This document shows, piece by piece, positions 9,943-19,837 of a DNA stretch of 64,000 nt. Within the stretch, counting starts at the first letter, position 1; each line of letters begins with the position of its first letter. Made by a program: the position numbers and the translations under genes. The stretch is from Nitrospiraceae bacterium (GTDB lineage: Bacteria > Nitrospirota > Nitrospiria > Nitrospirales > Nitrospiraceae). The notes under the pieces were generated by a model. The model had not been told where the DNA came from. It did not search any database and saw only the letters and a list, made by a program, of their open reading frames with translations. Where the stretch lies: positions 268,811 to 332,810 of the forward strand of contig JBFWWG010000002.1 in assembly GCA_050246315.1 (NCBI GenBank), in the 5' to 3' direction.

Positions 9943-11216
9943 GCTCCCACCTCCGGCGGGACTTCCTGGGCGCGCGGGTCCGGCAGCAGCCCCGCCGCTC
10001 TCAATCGATCCAACAATCCAAACGGCGGGGTCGTCCGCCATCCCGCCGTCGTGGCCAGCATGCGATAGCGCAGGCGGGCATTACGATCCAAGGTCTTGAA
10101 GACTCGGTCGCGGAGAATCGCCAGCACGGGATTCCCAGCATTCCAGAACAAAACTTGCTCATCGGCCAATCGTTGCAGCATGTCCACTTGCGGTCTACGC
10201 GCCCGTTCATAGGCGGCCAAATCCTCGGCAAGAAACCGGTCCTGCTTAAGGCAGGATTCAACCACCTGTGCCAGCGCCATGGCATCGGCCATCGCCTGCA
10301 TCCGCCCTTGGGACGCATGGGGATTCATCGCATGGGCCGCGTCGCCGATCAGCGCCGCCCCGTCTGCCACCCATCGAGGCGTCCGTACACGACCGGTGGG
10401 CAAATAGGCTGTCTGATTCCAGTCCTTCAATTGGCCAGTCAATGTCTCCAACATCGGATCGATGTCGCGCCATTGCTGCCTGAGTGATTCCAACCCCTGC
10501 TGCCTGATTCGATCGTAAGTCCCGGCGGGAATCATATAGAAGACATACACCTTGTTCCCGGCGGCGGGGAAGAGGCCCAGGATTTGATTCGTTCCTACGA
10601 AATAGCGCGCCTCCTCGATCGGCTCAGGACTGTCCAGAATGCTGATGAGATAGGCTTCGCGGTACAGATGCAGCTTCGCCGGAATTCCCAAAGCCTCCCT
10701 CACTTTCGAATAGGCTCCATCCGCCCCGACGACCAGCTTGGCTCCGATGGCCATGGTGCGTCCCTGCCAGTCGGCCTGCACGCCCGCGACGCGCGAGCCG
10801 TCTCTCAGAAGCGCTTTCACCTTAACCCCGTAGCGCAGCCCTCCGGGATTCCTTGCCTCCAGCTCATCCAAAATCGCATGGTGGGCGACATTGGGCAACG
10901 TCACCAGGGCGCGATTGTAGGGTGGCGGCAGCATCCCGTAATCGATCGTGCAGAGGCGCTCGCCGCCGGCTCGGAAGAAATGAAAGAGGCGCACGGGTTT
11001 CACAGCGGCGGCGGGCAACCGATGGAGCAAGCCCAGATGATCCAGTACCTGCTGGCCGTTCGGTTGCAGGATTTCCCCTCGAAGTCCGTGCGGCGGCCCG
11101 GATGCCTGTTCCAATACGATCGAGCTGATACCCTTTTGCGCCAGCGCCACACCCAGAACGGCGCCGCCCCCACCCGCGCCCACAATCACCACGTCGCTCC
11201 GCTCATCCGTCGTCAT
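9939..11216 (-). CDS. FAD-dependent monooxygenase
   Basis: GAGxGG Rossmann motif, VGADG, LIGDAAHAMNP. Confidence 0.9.
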   Translation of the reverse strand: MTTDERSDVVIVGAGGGGAVLGVALAQKGISSIVLEQASGPPHGLRGEILQPNGQQVLDHLGLLHRLPAAAVKPVRLFHFFRAGGERLCTIDYGMLPPPYNRALVTLPNVAHHAILDELEARNPGGLRYGVKVKALLRDGSRVAGVQADWQGRTMAIGAKLVVGADGAYSKVREALGIPAKLHLYREAYLISILDSPEPIEEARYFVGTNQILGLFPAAGNKVYVFYMIPAGTYDRIRQQGLESLRQQWRDIDPMLETLTGQLKDWNQTAYLPTGRVRTPRWVADGAALIGDAAHAMNPHASQGRMQAMADAMALAQVVESCLKQDRFLAEDLAAYERARRPQVDMLQRLADEQVLFWNAGNPVLAILRDRVFKTLDRNARLRYRMLATTAGWRTTPPFGLLDRLRAAGLLPDPRAQEVPPEVGA

Positions 11217-11818
11217 GGCTCGATTCCCAGCGGTCCTCCCGTCCAATCCGCATATCGCTCACGATCACGCCACATCGTCAAGAATTTGTGCTTGGCCTTC
11301 GCGGTTGAGGTCGCATCCATAATGATGTCGAGCCGCTCATCGTTGTAGCCGTTGCCGCTGGAGGTCTGGTTCATCGAGCCGTTGGTGTTGACTCGATCGT
11401 CCACGATCACTTCCTTGAGATGCATGAGATTGTCATGTCGATTGATTCGGATCGGCACGCCGGCCAACCGGAGCGCTTCAAGGGCAGCCATCTGCTTTTG
11501 ATCCTGCAATCGCCCACGGTCCGTGATGACCCGCACGTCCACCCCCCGCTTCTTGGCCGCTGCCAGCGCTCTGACGGCAGGCGGATAGGTGAAGGCGTAC
11601 ATGGCGACATAGATATAATGCTCTGCATCCCGATACAACCTGACGAGCCGATCGCCGGGTTCGTCCTCCGGCGCGTAGTAGGTCTCAAGATTGGGCCAGC
11701 CTTGGTACGGCCAGATCCCGGCGATCGCGAGGAGGAGCCAGAGGATTGGGTGGACGAATCGAGCGCGGCGCGGCGGGTGAGACGGCCGCCGCGCCGCCCC
11801 GCATCGCCTAGCCCACAT
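11213..11818 (-). CDS. phospholipase D-like (Nuc-type) protein
   Basis: Single HxK(x4)D (HLKEVIVD) and GSMN motifs; N-terminal hydrophobic anchor; start codon uncertain. Confidence 0.8.
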   Translation of the reverse strand: MWARRCGAARRPSHPPRRARFVHPILWLLLAIAGIWPYQGWPNLETYYAPEDEPGDRLVRLYRDAEHYIYVAMYAFTYPPAVRALAAAKKRGVDVRVITDRGRLQDQKQMAALEALRLAGVPIRINRHDNLMHLKEVIVDDRVNTNGSMNQTSSGNGYNDERLDIIMDATSTAKAKHKFLTMWRDRERYADWTGGPLGIEP

Positions 11819-12084
11819 TATCCATGACCGCTTCTACTGTAATCGTCGTGCGACCCGTTGCCACCCAGGAGCCACGGGTACTCCGGCTGTGACGAGCTTG
11901 CGAGCGAGTGTTCGGCTCCCAAGCGGGCAAACTCGCCCCTGCGGCCTCAACATACTGATTCAAGTATGCTTCGCCTCCTTGGAACTCCGCGTGGGGGCAC
12001 CCATTGCTCTTTCCCATGCACTGGGTCCAACGCCTAGCGTCTTGACGGCCTCGTCACGAACTATCATGAATGAATAACGTGGGC
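11811..12084. mobile_element. MITE-like element, copy 2, flanked by TA on both sides
   Basis: GCCCACATTATCCATGA ... ATGAATAACGTGGGC; TA at 11809-10 and 12085-86; inverted relative to copy 1. Confidence 0.7.
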
Positions 12085-12461
12085 TACCCGGGTTCAAACA
12101 GATCCCGAAACTGATCCTCCGCAGCATCCCAGGCCTGCGGCGAGTGCTGTCCGAGCCACCGCTTGATATAGACCTTTTGGCCAGGGGACAGCATCTGCTT
12201 GATCTGGTGGGAGCGGCCCTGAAGTGGTTGGAGAAATCCCGTTCGTTTGTCGACATCCAACGTCGCGGTCCGCACATAGACGTTGGTATAACAAACCGGC
12301 TGCTCATCTTCCCCTTCACCCTGCACCCAGACCGAGATGAACCGTTCCAATCGCATCCCGGCGCTGTCGAGCGCCGGGGCGGTATCGTGAAACAACTCGT
12401 TTTCTCCCTCGGCCATCGGTTGCTCGTCCGTTGCGCGAAACAAGAAGTTACGTTTCCACAT
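12084..12461 (-). CDS. hypothetical protein
   Basis: MWKRNFLFRA... globular ORF with GAGG RBS. Confidence 0.7.
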   Translation of the reverse strand: MWKRNFLFRATDEQPMAEGENELFHDTAPALDSAGMRLERFISVWVQGEGEDEQPVCYTNVYVRTATLDVDKRTGFLQPLQGRSHQIKQMLSPGQKVYIKRWLGQHSPQAWDAAEDQFRDLFEPG

Positions 12462-12563
12462 AGTTGGCCCTCGCGGAAGAATGCGCATACTGGTCGGGGA
12501 GGCTTCTGGTTGTCAAGTTGAGCCAATCGATCGTCTCAAGCAATCACGGGGCCGATGGTCGCC

Positions 12564-12593
12564 TTGACAATACGACTCCCTCTCTGATACGGT
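12564..12593 (+). promoter_or_regulatory. putative sigma70 promoter of the sulfur-carrier operon
   Basis: TTGACA-N18-TACGGT with TG extension, upstream of thiS. Confidence 0.35.
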
Positions 12594-12633
12594 CCTTTAA
12601 TTCTGTAGTTTTTCTGCCTAGTTCGGAGATTTC

Positions 12634-12834
12634 ATGCAGATAAAAATCAACGGGAAATCCGAAGAGATCCAGGCCGTCACGGTTCTCGATGTCCTGAAGG
12701 TCAAGAACATCGAACCTCGGATGGTGGCGGTGGAACTCAACGAGTCGATGGTCGATCGGGAAAGTCTCGATAGGACGCCGATCCGAGAGGGGGACCACCT
12801 GGAATTCCTGTTCTACATGGGAGGCGGACATTGA
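12634..12834 (+). CDS. thiS: ThiS-family sulfur carrier with C-terminal extension (..MGGGH)
   Basis: MQIKING...VAVELN...EGDxLE..MGGG; beta-grasp size. Confidence 0.85.
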   Translation: MQIKINGKSEEIQAVTVLDVLKVKNIEPRMVAVELNESMVDRESLDRTPIREGDHLEFLFYMGGGH

Positions 12835-13760
12835 TGAGTGGCACCTGCCCCGACATTACCGACCTCATCGGAAAAACTCCCCTCGTTCGCCTGAACCGCA
12901 TGTCCGAACCCGGTGCGGCAACGATTTATGCCAAGGTCGAGTCGTTCAATCCGGGCGGCAGCGTCAAGGACCGGATCTGCCTCAACATGATCAACGAGGC
13001 GGAACGCCAAGGGCGCCTCAAACCTGGCTCGACGATTCTTGAACCGACCAGCGGCAATACCGGTATCGGACTCGCGCTCGTTGCGGCGGTCAGAGGCTAC
13101 AAGCTCATTCTGGTCATGCCCGAAAGCATGAGTATGGAACGGGCCAGCCTGTTGTCGTCCTATGGGGCGCAGCTCGTACTCACGGCAGCCTGGGAAGGAA
13201 TGCGAGGATCGATCAAGGAAGCCGAGGCCATTTTGGCTCAGAATCCGTCCTATTTTATGCCGGATCAGTTTTCGAATCCGGCCAATCCGGCCATGCACCG
13301 GATGACCACGGCACCCGAGATCTGGGATGCGCTGGAGGGCCGCGTGGATGCGTTCGTGGCGGCGGTGGGAACCGGCGGCACCCTCACCGGGTGCGGAGAA
13401 GTGTTCAAAGAGCGAAACCCGCAGGTCAAGGTGGTGGCCGTCGAGCCGGCCGGCTCTCCGGTGCTCTCGGGCGGCGAGCCGGGGCCGCACAAGATTCAGG
13501 GCATTGGGGCTGGGTTCGTGCCCAAGGTGCTGAACCGCACCATTATCGACCGTGTGATTACCGTCACCGACGACGAGGCGTATCAGACCGCCAAAAGCTT
13601 GGCCAAGAAGGAAGGTCTCCTCGTGGGGATTTCCTCCGGGGCGAACGTCATTGCCGCACAAAAGGTCGCGCGCGAGGTGGGACGGGGCAAGAACGTCGTC
13701 ACGGTCCTCTGCGACACCGGCGAGCGATACATCAGCATCGAGAAGTATTTCAATATTTGA
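12831..13760 (+). CDS. cysK: cysteine synthase (CysK/CysM family)
   Basis: NPGGSVKDR (PLP Lys), EPTSGNTG, GTGGT, HKIQGIG. Confidence 0.95.
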   Translation: MMSGTCPDITDLIGKTPLVRLNRMSEPGAATIYAKVESFNPGGSVKDRICLNMINEAERQGRLKPGSTILEPTSGNTGIGLALVAAVRGYKLILVMPESMSMERASLLSSYGAQLVLTAAWEGMRGSIKEAEAILAQNPSYFMPDQFSNPANPAMHRMTTAPEIWDALEGRVDAFVAAVGTGGTLTGCGEVFKERNPQVKVVAVEPAGSPVLSGGEPGPHKIQGIGAGFVPKVLNRTIIDRVITVTDDEAYQTAKSLAKKEGLLVGISSGANVIAAQKVAREVGRGKNVVTVLCDTGERYISIEKYFNI

Positions 13761-13784
13761 CGTTCACCGTTCAGACCGACACCC

Positions 13785-14612
13785 ATGAGTTTCACGGACG
13801 AACAGATCACACGGTACAGCCGTCACATCCTTCTGCCGGAAGTCGGCGGCAAGGGCCAGAAGAAGATCGCCCAGGCTCGGATTCTCATCGTGGGGGCCGG
13901 CGGACTCGGCTCCCCGGCCGCTCTGTATCTGGCCGCAGCCGGCGTAGGCACGATCGGACTGATCGACAGCGACGTGGTGGACCTCTCGAACCTCCAGCGA
14001 CAGATCATTCATCACACCGCTGATGTGGGCCGGCCGAAGGTACTTTCAGCACAGGAGAAAATCGTTGCGCTCAACCCGGATGTGAAGGTGATCACTCATC
14101 AGGACCGGCTCGTGGCCCACAATGCACTGGCGATCCTGCGCGAGTATGATGTGGTCATCGACGGCGTCGATAATTTCGCCGGGAAGTTCCTGATCAACGA
14201 CGCCTGCTACTTCGCCGACAAGCCGTTGATCCATGGAGGCATTCTACGATTCGACGGGCGTGTCACCACCATCATCCCGAAGAAATCGGCCTGCTATCGT
14301 TGCGTGTTCAAGCATCCACCACCGCCCGGTTTCGTCCCGAGCTGTCAGGAGGCGGGCGTGATCGGCGTCCTGGCCGGCGTCATCGGGACACTCCAGGCTA
14401 CGGAAGCGCTGAAGGTTATTCTTGGGATTGGACGACCCTTGACGGACCGCATGCTGGACTACGACGCCAAGAAGAGTCAATTCCGAGAGATCCGCTGCAG
14501 GAAGAATCCCCGTTGTCCCCTCTGCGGAGAACAACCCACGATCACCGAGCTGTTCGACTACGAGCCGGAAACCTGCGAGTTGCGGACGCCCAGCGTCGCC
14601 TCGGCGCGGTAA
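13785..14612 (+). CDS. MoeB/ThiF E1-like adenylyltransferase 1
   Basis: RYSRH, GAGGLG, SNLQRQ, CYRC, CPLC; no rhodanese domain. Confidence 0.9.
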   Translation: MSFTDEQITRYSRHILLPEVGGKGQKKIAQARILIVGAGGLGSPAALYLAAAGVGTIGLIDSDVVDLSNLQRQIIHHTADVGRPKVLSAQEKIVALNPDVKVITHQDRLVAHNALAILREYDVVIDGVDNFAGKFLINDACYFADKPLIHGGILRFDGRVTTIIPKKSACYRCVFKHPPPPGFVPSCQEAGVIGVLAGVIGTLQATEALKVILGIGRPLTDRMLDYDAKKSQFREIRCRKNPRCPLCGEQPTITELFDYEPETCELRTPSVASAR

Positions 14613-14640
14613 GCCTGTCATCACGAGACGAGGGTCGCCC

Positions 14641-15888
14641 ATGGCCAAGATTCGATCATTAGTCTGCCGAGAGTGCGGAAGCGAGTATCCCGCCAAAGCC
14701 ATCCATGTCTGCGAGTTGTGCTTCGGACCCCTGGAGGTGAAGTACAACTATGACGAAATCAAACAGACGATCTCGCGCCGGTCCATCGAGGCGGGTCCGA
14801 AATCCATGTGGCGCTATATGGAGTTGCTGCCGGTCGAAGGGCCCCAGGTGGTGGGGCCGCACGCGGGTTTGACCCCAATGGTGCGGGCGAAAAATCTCGG
14901 TGCGTACTTAGGACTGGACGAGCTGTATATCAAGAACGACACTGTGAACCACCCGACGTTGTCGTTCAAGGACCGCGTGGTCGCGGTGGCCTTGACCAGA
15001 GCCAGAGAACTGGGCTTTGAAACCGTGGCCTGTGCCTCGACCGGCAACCTGGCCAACTCGGTCGCCGCCCATGCCGCCGCATCGAGCATGCAGTGCTATG
15101 TGTTCATCCCCGGCGACTTGGAAGCGGCTAAGGTGCTCGGCAACCTGATCTACCGCCCCAATGTTGTCGAGGTGGAAGGCAATTACGACGATGTGAATCG
15201 CCTCTGCTCCGAAATCGCCGGGGAGCACGGCTGGGCGTTCGTCAACATTAATATCCGCCCCTACTATGCTGAGGGCTCGAAAACCCTGGCCTACGAGACC
15301 GTGGAACAGCTTGGGTGGCGCGCGCCGGATCAGGTGGTGATCCCGATGGCGTCCGGCTCCCTCTTGACCAAGATTTGGAAAGGCCTCAATGAACTGAAAC
15401 ACGTGGGACTGATCGACTCCGTCGCCACGAAGATCAACGGGGCCCAAGCCGAAGGCTGTTCCCCCATTTCCACGGCTTTCAAGGAAGGTCGGGACTTCTT
15501 CAAGCCGGTGAAGCCCAAGACCATCGCCAAGTCCTTGGCCATCGGCAACCCGGCTGACGGCTACTATGCCCTCAAGACGACGTCGGAGAGTGGTGGCGCC
15601 ATGGACATGGTGTCGGATGAAGAAATCGTGGACAGCATCAAACTGCTGGCCCAGACCGAAGGCATTTTTGCGGAGACTGCCGGCGGCGTGACGATCGGCG
15701 TGTTGCGCAAGCTGGTCAAACAGGGCGTCATTAAGAAGCACGAGGTCACGGTGGCCTACATCACCGGCAACGGGCTGAAAACGCAGGAGGCCGTCCTTGA
15801 AGCCGTGGGCCGGCCGACGCGGATCCACCCCAGCCTGGTGAGTTTCGAGAAAACCTTCAAAGTCGGCAAACATGGTGGTGATGCATGA
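14641..15888 (+). CDS. thrC: threonine synthase-family PLP enzyme
   Basis: N-terminal CxxC..CxxC, PTLSFKDR, ASTGN, ITGNGLK. Confidence 0.9.
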   Translation: MAKIRSLVCRECGSEYPAKAIHVCELCFGPLEVKYNYDEIKQTISRRSIEAGPKSMWRYMELLPVEGPQVVGPHAGLTPMVRAKNLGAYLGLDELYIKNDTVNHPTLSFKDRVVAVALTRARELGFETVACASTGNLANSVAAHAAASSMQCYVFIPGDLEAAKVLGNLIYRPNVVEVEGNYDDVNRLCSEIAGEHGWAFVNINIRPYYAEGSKTLAYETVEQLGWRAPDQVVIPMASGSLLTKIWKGLNELKHVGLIDSVATKINGAQAEGCSPISTAFKEGRDFFKPVKPKTIAKSLAIGNPADGYYALKTTSESGGAMDMVSDEEIVDSIKLLAQTEGIFAETAGGVTIGVLRKLVKQGVIKKHEVTVAYITGNGLKTQEAVLEAVGRPTRIHPSLVSFEKTFKVGKHGGDA

Positions 15889-16157
15889 TCAAGGTACGAA
15901 TTCCCACTCCCCTTCGCCCCCTGACCAAGGGGCAAGGCGAGGTCGAAGCGCAGGCGACGACGATTTCAGAAATGATCGACAAGCTGAATTCCAATCACCC
16001 CGGCATCAAGGACCGGCTGTGCGACGACACCGGCGAATTGCGCCGCTTCGTCAACATTTACGTCAACGAAGAGGACATCCGGTTTCTGAACGGGAAGAAC
16101 ACCGTGCTCAAGGAGGGCGATGAAGTCTCCATCGTCCCCGCCATCGCGGGAGGATGA
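15885..16157 (+). CDS. MoaD/CysO-like sulfur carrier
   Basis: RRFVNIYVNEEDIRF...PAIAGG terminal GG. Confidence 0.9.
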   Translation: MIKVRIPTPLRPLTKGQGEVEAQATTISEMIDKLNSNHPGIKDRLCDDTGELRRFVNIYVNEEDIRFLNGKNTVLKEGDEVSIVPAIAGG

Positions 16158-16399
16158 CAATGGCTCATCTTCGATTTCACATACGATTCCCGCATGAAAA
16201 GATCAAGGAGCCGGTCATTTATCAAATCGGCCACGAATTCAACATCGTCACCAATGTGCGCCGCGCGGACGTGCGGGATACCACCGGCTGGATGGATCTC
16301 GAATTGACGGGCGAGGTCGAGGAAATTGAACGAGCGGTGGACGGGCTCAGACAAAAGGGTGTGCTCGTCGATCCGATCGAGCTGAACGTGGTGGAATAG
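16154..16399 (+). CDS. NIL domain protein
   Basis: EPVIY...NVRRADV...GWMDLELTG NIL pattern. Confidence 0.85.
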   Translation: MTMAHLRFHIRFPHEKIKEPVIYQIGHEFNIVTNVRRADVRDTTGWMDLELTGEVEEIERAVDGLRQKGVLVDPIELNVVE

Positions 16400-16406
16400 C
16401 GAGGAC

Positions 16407-16497
16407 AGTCATCGGTCACTTGTCATCAGTCATGAGGGAGGGACGGCTTGCGCTGCTCCGACCTTCACAGACGATCAACGACGATTGACCAATGACC
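16407..16497. repeat. degenerate heptamer repeats in inverted arrangement
   Basis: (GTCATC-like)n followed by (ATGACC-like)n. Confidence 0.45.
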
Positions 16498-17313
16498 GAA
16501 ACACTCACGATGGAATTCACTGAGGCACAGATTCAACGATACAGTCGCCACATCATTCTGCAGGATGTCGGCGGCAAGGGTCAGAGAAAGCTCACCCAAG
16601 CCAAGGTGCTCCTGATCGGAGCCGGAGGGTTGGGGTCTCCCGCCGCGCTCTATCTGGCCGCTGCCGGCATCGGCACCATCGGTTTGGTGGACGGCGACGT
16701 CGTGGACCTGTCGAACCTACAGCGGCAGATCCTACACTCCACCGCCACGATCGGGGTTTCCAAGGTCGAATCCGGCCGGAGAACCCTGTCGGCCATCAAT
16801 CCCGATATCACGATCAAGACCTATCAGCACCATGTCAACGCCGACAATATCCTGAGCTTACTCGCCGACTATGACATTGTCCTGGATGGGTCGGACAACT
16901 TCACCACCCGGTTCCTCGTCAACGACGCCTGCTTCTTCGCCAAGAAAACTCTGATCTCCGCGAGCATGTTCCGGTTCGAAGGTCAGCTCACGACGATCAA
17001 GCCACACGCCGGCCATCCTTGCTACCGCTGCTTGTACCCGGAGCCACCACCTGCCGGGTTGGTCCCGAACTGCCAGGAAGCCGGCGTGCTGGGCGTCCTC
17101 GCCGGCACCATGGGCATCCTGCAGGCGACGGAGGCGATCAAGGAACTCCTCGGCCTCGGAGACACGCTCGCCGACAAGCTCCTGATCTACGATGCCTTGG
17201 ACATGAAATTTCGCAAGGTGTCCCGTCCGAAGGACCCATCCTGCCGCCTTTGCGGTCCGACCCCGGCCATTACGGACTTGAGCCTCGACTATCACGTCTC
17301 CTGCACGATTTGA
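16492..17313 (+). CDS. MoeB/ThiF E1-like adenylyltransferase 2
   Basis: RYSRH, GAGGLG, CYRC, CRLC; paralogue of 13785-14612. Confidence 0.9.
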   Translation: MTETLTMEFTEAQIQRYSRHIILQDVGGKGQRKLTQAKVLLIGAGGLGSPAALYLAAAGIGTIGLVDGDVVDLSNLQRQILHSTATIGVSKVESGRRTLSAINPDITIKTYQHHVNADNILSLLADYDIVLDGSDNFTTRFLVNDACFFAKKTLISASMFRFEGQLTTIKPHAGHPCYRCLYPEPPPAGLVPNCQEAGVLGVLAGTMGILQATEAIKELLGLGDTLADKLLIYDALDMKFRKVSRPKDPSCRLCGPTPAITDLSLDYHVSCTI

Positions 17314-17314
17314 C

Positions 17315-17842
17315 GTGACAAGACTCCAGATTCCTCAGAGCATTGCCGATGACCTGGTGGCGCACGCGCGCGCACTCGCCCCCCACGAATGTTGCGGTCT
17401 CCTGGCCGGCTGCGACCGGCGTGTGACCCAACTGTATCGCATCGCCAACGTGGTGGCGATCGACGGCGCCGACCGATTGGCCGTCTTCGACGACGCCAAA
17501 CTCTCTCATCTGTCGCAGCTCTCACCGGAAGAGCGGGCCGAGATCGCGTTTGTCATGGACGCGCAGGACCTCGCGCTGGCCCAACGAGACATGCGCAAGA
17601 AGGGACTCGACCTGCTGGTGATCTATCATTCGCACCCTCACGACCCCGCGCGCCCGTCTGTCACAGACATCAAAATCGCCACCGACTACGAGGACTATTG
17701 GCCGAAAATCAACCTTCCGTTGCCGCAGTATCTGCTGATCTCGCTGCAAATTCCTCAGCATCCCGACATCAAGCTGTACGACATCCGGCATGGTCGCGTC
17801 GCCCCGGCATCCTACGAAATCCTCTCCCCGGGTATGAACTGA
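17315..17842 (+). CDS. JAB/MPN (Mov34, Mec-like) metallopeptidase
   Basis: PHECCGLL and YHSHP(x6)S(x2)D JAMM motif. Confidence 0.9.
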   Translation: MTRLQIPQSIADDLVAHARALAPHECCGLLAGCDRRVTQLYRIANVVAIDGADRLAVFDDAKLSHLSQLSPEERAEIAFVMDAQDLALAQRDMRKKGLDLLVIYHSHPHDPARPSVTDIKIATDYEDYWPKINLPLPQYLLISLQIPQHPDIKLYDIRHGRVAPASYEILSPGMN

Positions 17843-17936
17843 GCGCCCGATCTGGTATCCTACGCGCCGCTGGACGGCATTGTGTGCGGCATCGCCGTTC
17901 ATCGCGCAGCTCACCTCAACACGCGGAGAGGCCATC

Positions 17937-18281
17937 ATGCGTCATGGGTCGGCCGTCAGAACATCCGTGCTCATTCTCTTCATCTCGCTGGGTCTGTCGA
18001 TGAACGCCTCCTATGCCGAGAACAAAACCAAGAGCTATTACAGTCCGATCATCCTCGTGAACAAGGAACAAGGCTATATCGTGATCTCGGACAGCGGGGC
18101 CGTCTTCGGTGTGGAGGTGCCGCCCGAAGCGAAACCGAACCTGGACAAGCTGCCGCCCTCCGGCCTGATCGACCTGGTCGTCGAAATTCGGCCGGGGCAG
18201 GCTCCCTTGGTCAAGAAGTGGACGGTCATGAGCGGAGAAACGGACTGTCGGGTGTTCGACGGGAAAGAATGCCGCCCCTAA
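17937..18281 (+). CDS. exported hypothetical protein
   Basis: Signal peptide ending ASYA; GGAGAG RBS. Confidence 0.7.
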   Translation: MRHGSAVRTSVLILFISLGLSMNASYAENKTKSYYSPIILVNKEQGYIVISDSGAVFGVEVPPEAKPNLDKLPPSGLIDLVVEIRPGQAPLVKKWTVMSGETDCRVFDGKECRP

Positions 18282-18676
18282 GGCAGGTTGTTGAAAGAGC
18301 CAGTCAGGCTGGTAATCGCAACGCTCGGAGTCTCAATATCCCGGACGGTCTCTACTCGTTTCCTCCCTGGCCGCGTCCGCGCCCATGGAGAGGCGCCTCT
18401 GCGCACATCGGGCTTGGATAGGTATGAAGGACAACCTTTCTGACCATCCCCCCGGTCATTTACTCCAGAGCCTCTCCTACCTTCGCCCAGATCATTCGTG
18501 ATCGCTTCTGTTGTAGGCGCCGTGAGACTCCTTGCGCCTCCCCATTCAATGGGTCCGACGCGTGCCGTCCTCGGGTAGCCATGGCTCCGGGAATGCAAGG
18601 GGTGAACCACCACAACCCGTCATGAATGATGCAGGCTGGGAACTTGGACGCTCTGCGAGAGGGGACCGCGGACGGC

Positions 18677-18838
18677 TTATTCGGAGCTGCCGACCATGTC
18701 GTCGATGAGCGGGCGATTGATGTCCATGCAGCCGGGGCAAATGGCGTCGAACAGCAAATCGAAATCGGACACAAAATTGCGCGGGTCCACCAGATGATCG
18801 GCTACGACCTGTTCATGACAGGTATCGCACAGCATCAT
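18677..18838 (-). CDS. small Cys-rich (zinc-finger-like) protein
   Basis: Two CxxC motifs. Confidence 0.5.
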   Translation of the reverse strand: MMLCDTCHEQVVADHLVDPRNFVSDFDLLFDAICPGCMDINRPLIDDMVGSSE

Positions 18839-18893
18839 CAGCCCCCGTTGGACTGAGACGGTCTTGCGTCCGACGCTCCCCGCCATCGCCCCG

Positions 18894-19088
18894 TTACACC
18901 GATCCTTTCATCTGAGCATGCCAAAAATCATCAGTCTCCAACTCGATGCCGCATCGTGGGCATTCGTAGGGACGGTCGGCCGGCGGCACGCTCAGCGCTT
19001 CACGGTTGATGCGGCCCAGGCACACATGATACCAATGCCCTCCCGCATGCTCATGATCGAGCGGCTCATTTTCATAGATCAGCACCAT
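18894..19088 (-). CDS. small zinc-ribbon-like protein
   Basis: HxxHxC and CPRC motifs. Confidence 0.55.
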   Translation of the reverse strand: MVLIYENEPLDHEHAGGHWYHVCLGRINREALSVPPADRPYECPRCGIELETDDFWHAQMKGSV

Positions 19089-19206
19089 CTTGATCTTGGA
19101 CTCATCTAGAGCGGTGTCACCGGCGTACTGTCGTTACGGTCCCCGAGTGAACCCTCTCGCCCAGGCAATGGAGTGGAAAGGCTTTGGCCCGATCGCACAA
19201 AGACGT

Positions 19207-19740
19207 TCAGATCACCGCCGTGGGTTCCTTCTGCCAGTACTCGACAAATTCATCGAGCTGGGTGAGCGAAGACAGATCTGCCATACGGTCCAAGAACACT
19301 TTCCCGACCAGATGATCCATCTCGTGTTGGATGCAGACCGCATAGAGCCCGCTCGCTTCGAAGTCGAGCGGACACCCTTGCCGATCCAAGGCCTGGACGC
19401 GAACGATGGACGGCCTCGTCACCTTTCCTCGAAGTCCGTCCACGCTGAGACACCCTTCCCAATGTTCAGTCTGTTGAGGACCGTAGAACACGATCTTCGG
19501 ATTCACGAGCACCGTTTCAGGAAACCCGCCTTCGCCGGGGCAGGCCATCACGATCAATTGGACGGACCTGGCGACCTGCGGCGCAGCCAAGCCGATCCCG
19601 CTGGCCTCGTACATAGTTTCGAACATATCGTCGATCAGACGCTGATAAGCGAGGCTCTTCAAGTCTCCGATCTCCACCGGAGTCGCCGGCCTTCTCAACA
19701 CCGGATTGCCCAACTTGGCGATAGACAGAAGTGCCATCAT
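19207..19740 (-). CDS. def: peptide deformylase
   Basis: GIGLAAPQ, EGCLS, HEMDH. Confidence 0.95.
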   Translation of the reverse strand: MMALLSIAKLGNPVLRRPATPVEIGDLKSLAYQRLIDDMFETMYEASGIGLAAPQVARSVQLIVMACPGEGGFPETVLVNPKIVFYGPQQTEHWEGCLSVDGLRGKVTRPSIVRVQALDRQGCPLDFEASGLYAVCIQHEMDHLVGKVFLDRMADLSSLTQLDEFVEYWQKEPTAVI

Positions 19741-19837
19741 CCGCTCACTGACCCGTTCTCCGGATCTTGTACCAAGGACGAAACGCTGAGCTGTTGATAT
19801 AACATAGCAATTTTCAAGTCCGCAAGGACCGCCTCCA

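Noticed and set aside
18283..18451. Second MITE-like element
   Set aside because: Ends are only weakly complementary and there is no second copy in the window
18677..18838. CDTCH as a c-type haem site
   Set aside because: No signal peptide; the second CxxC suggests a zinc finger
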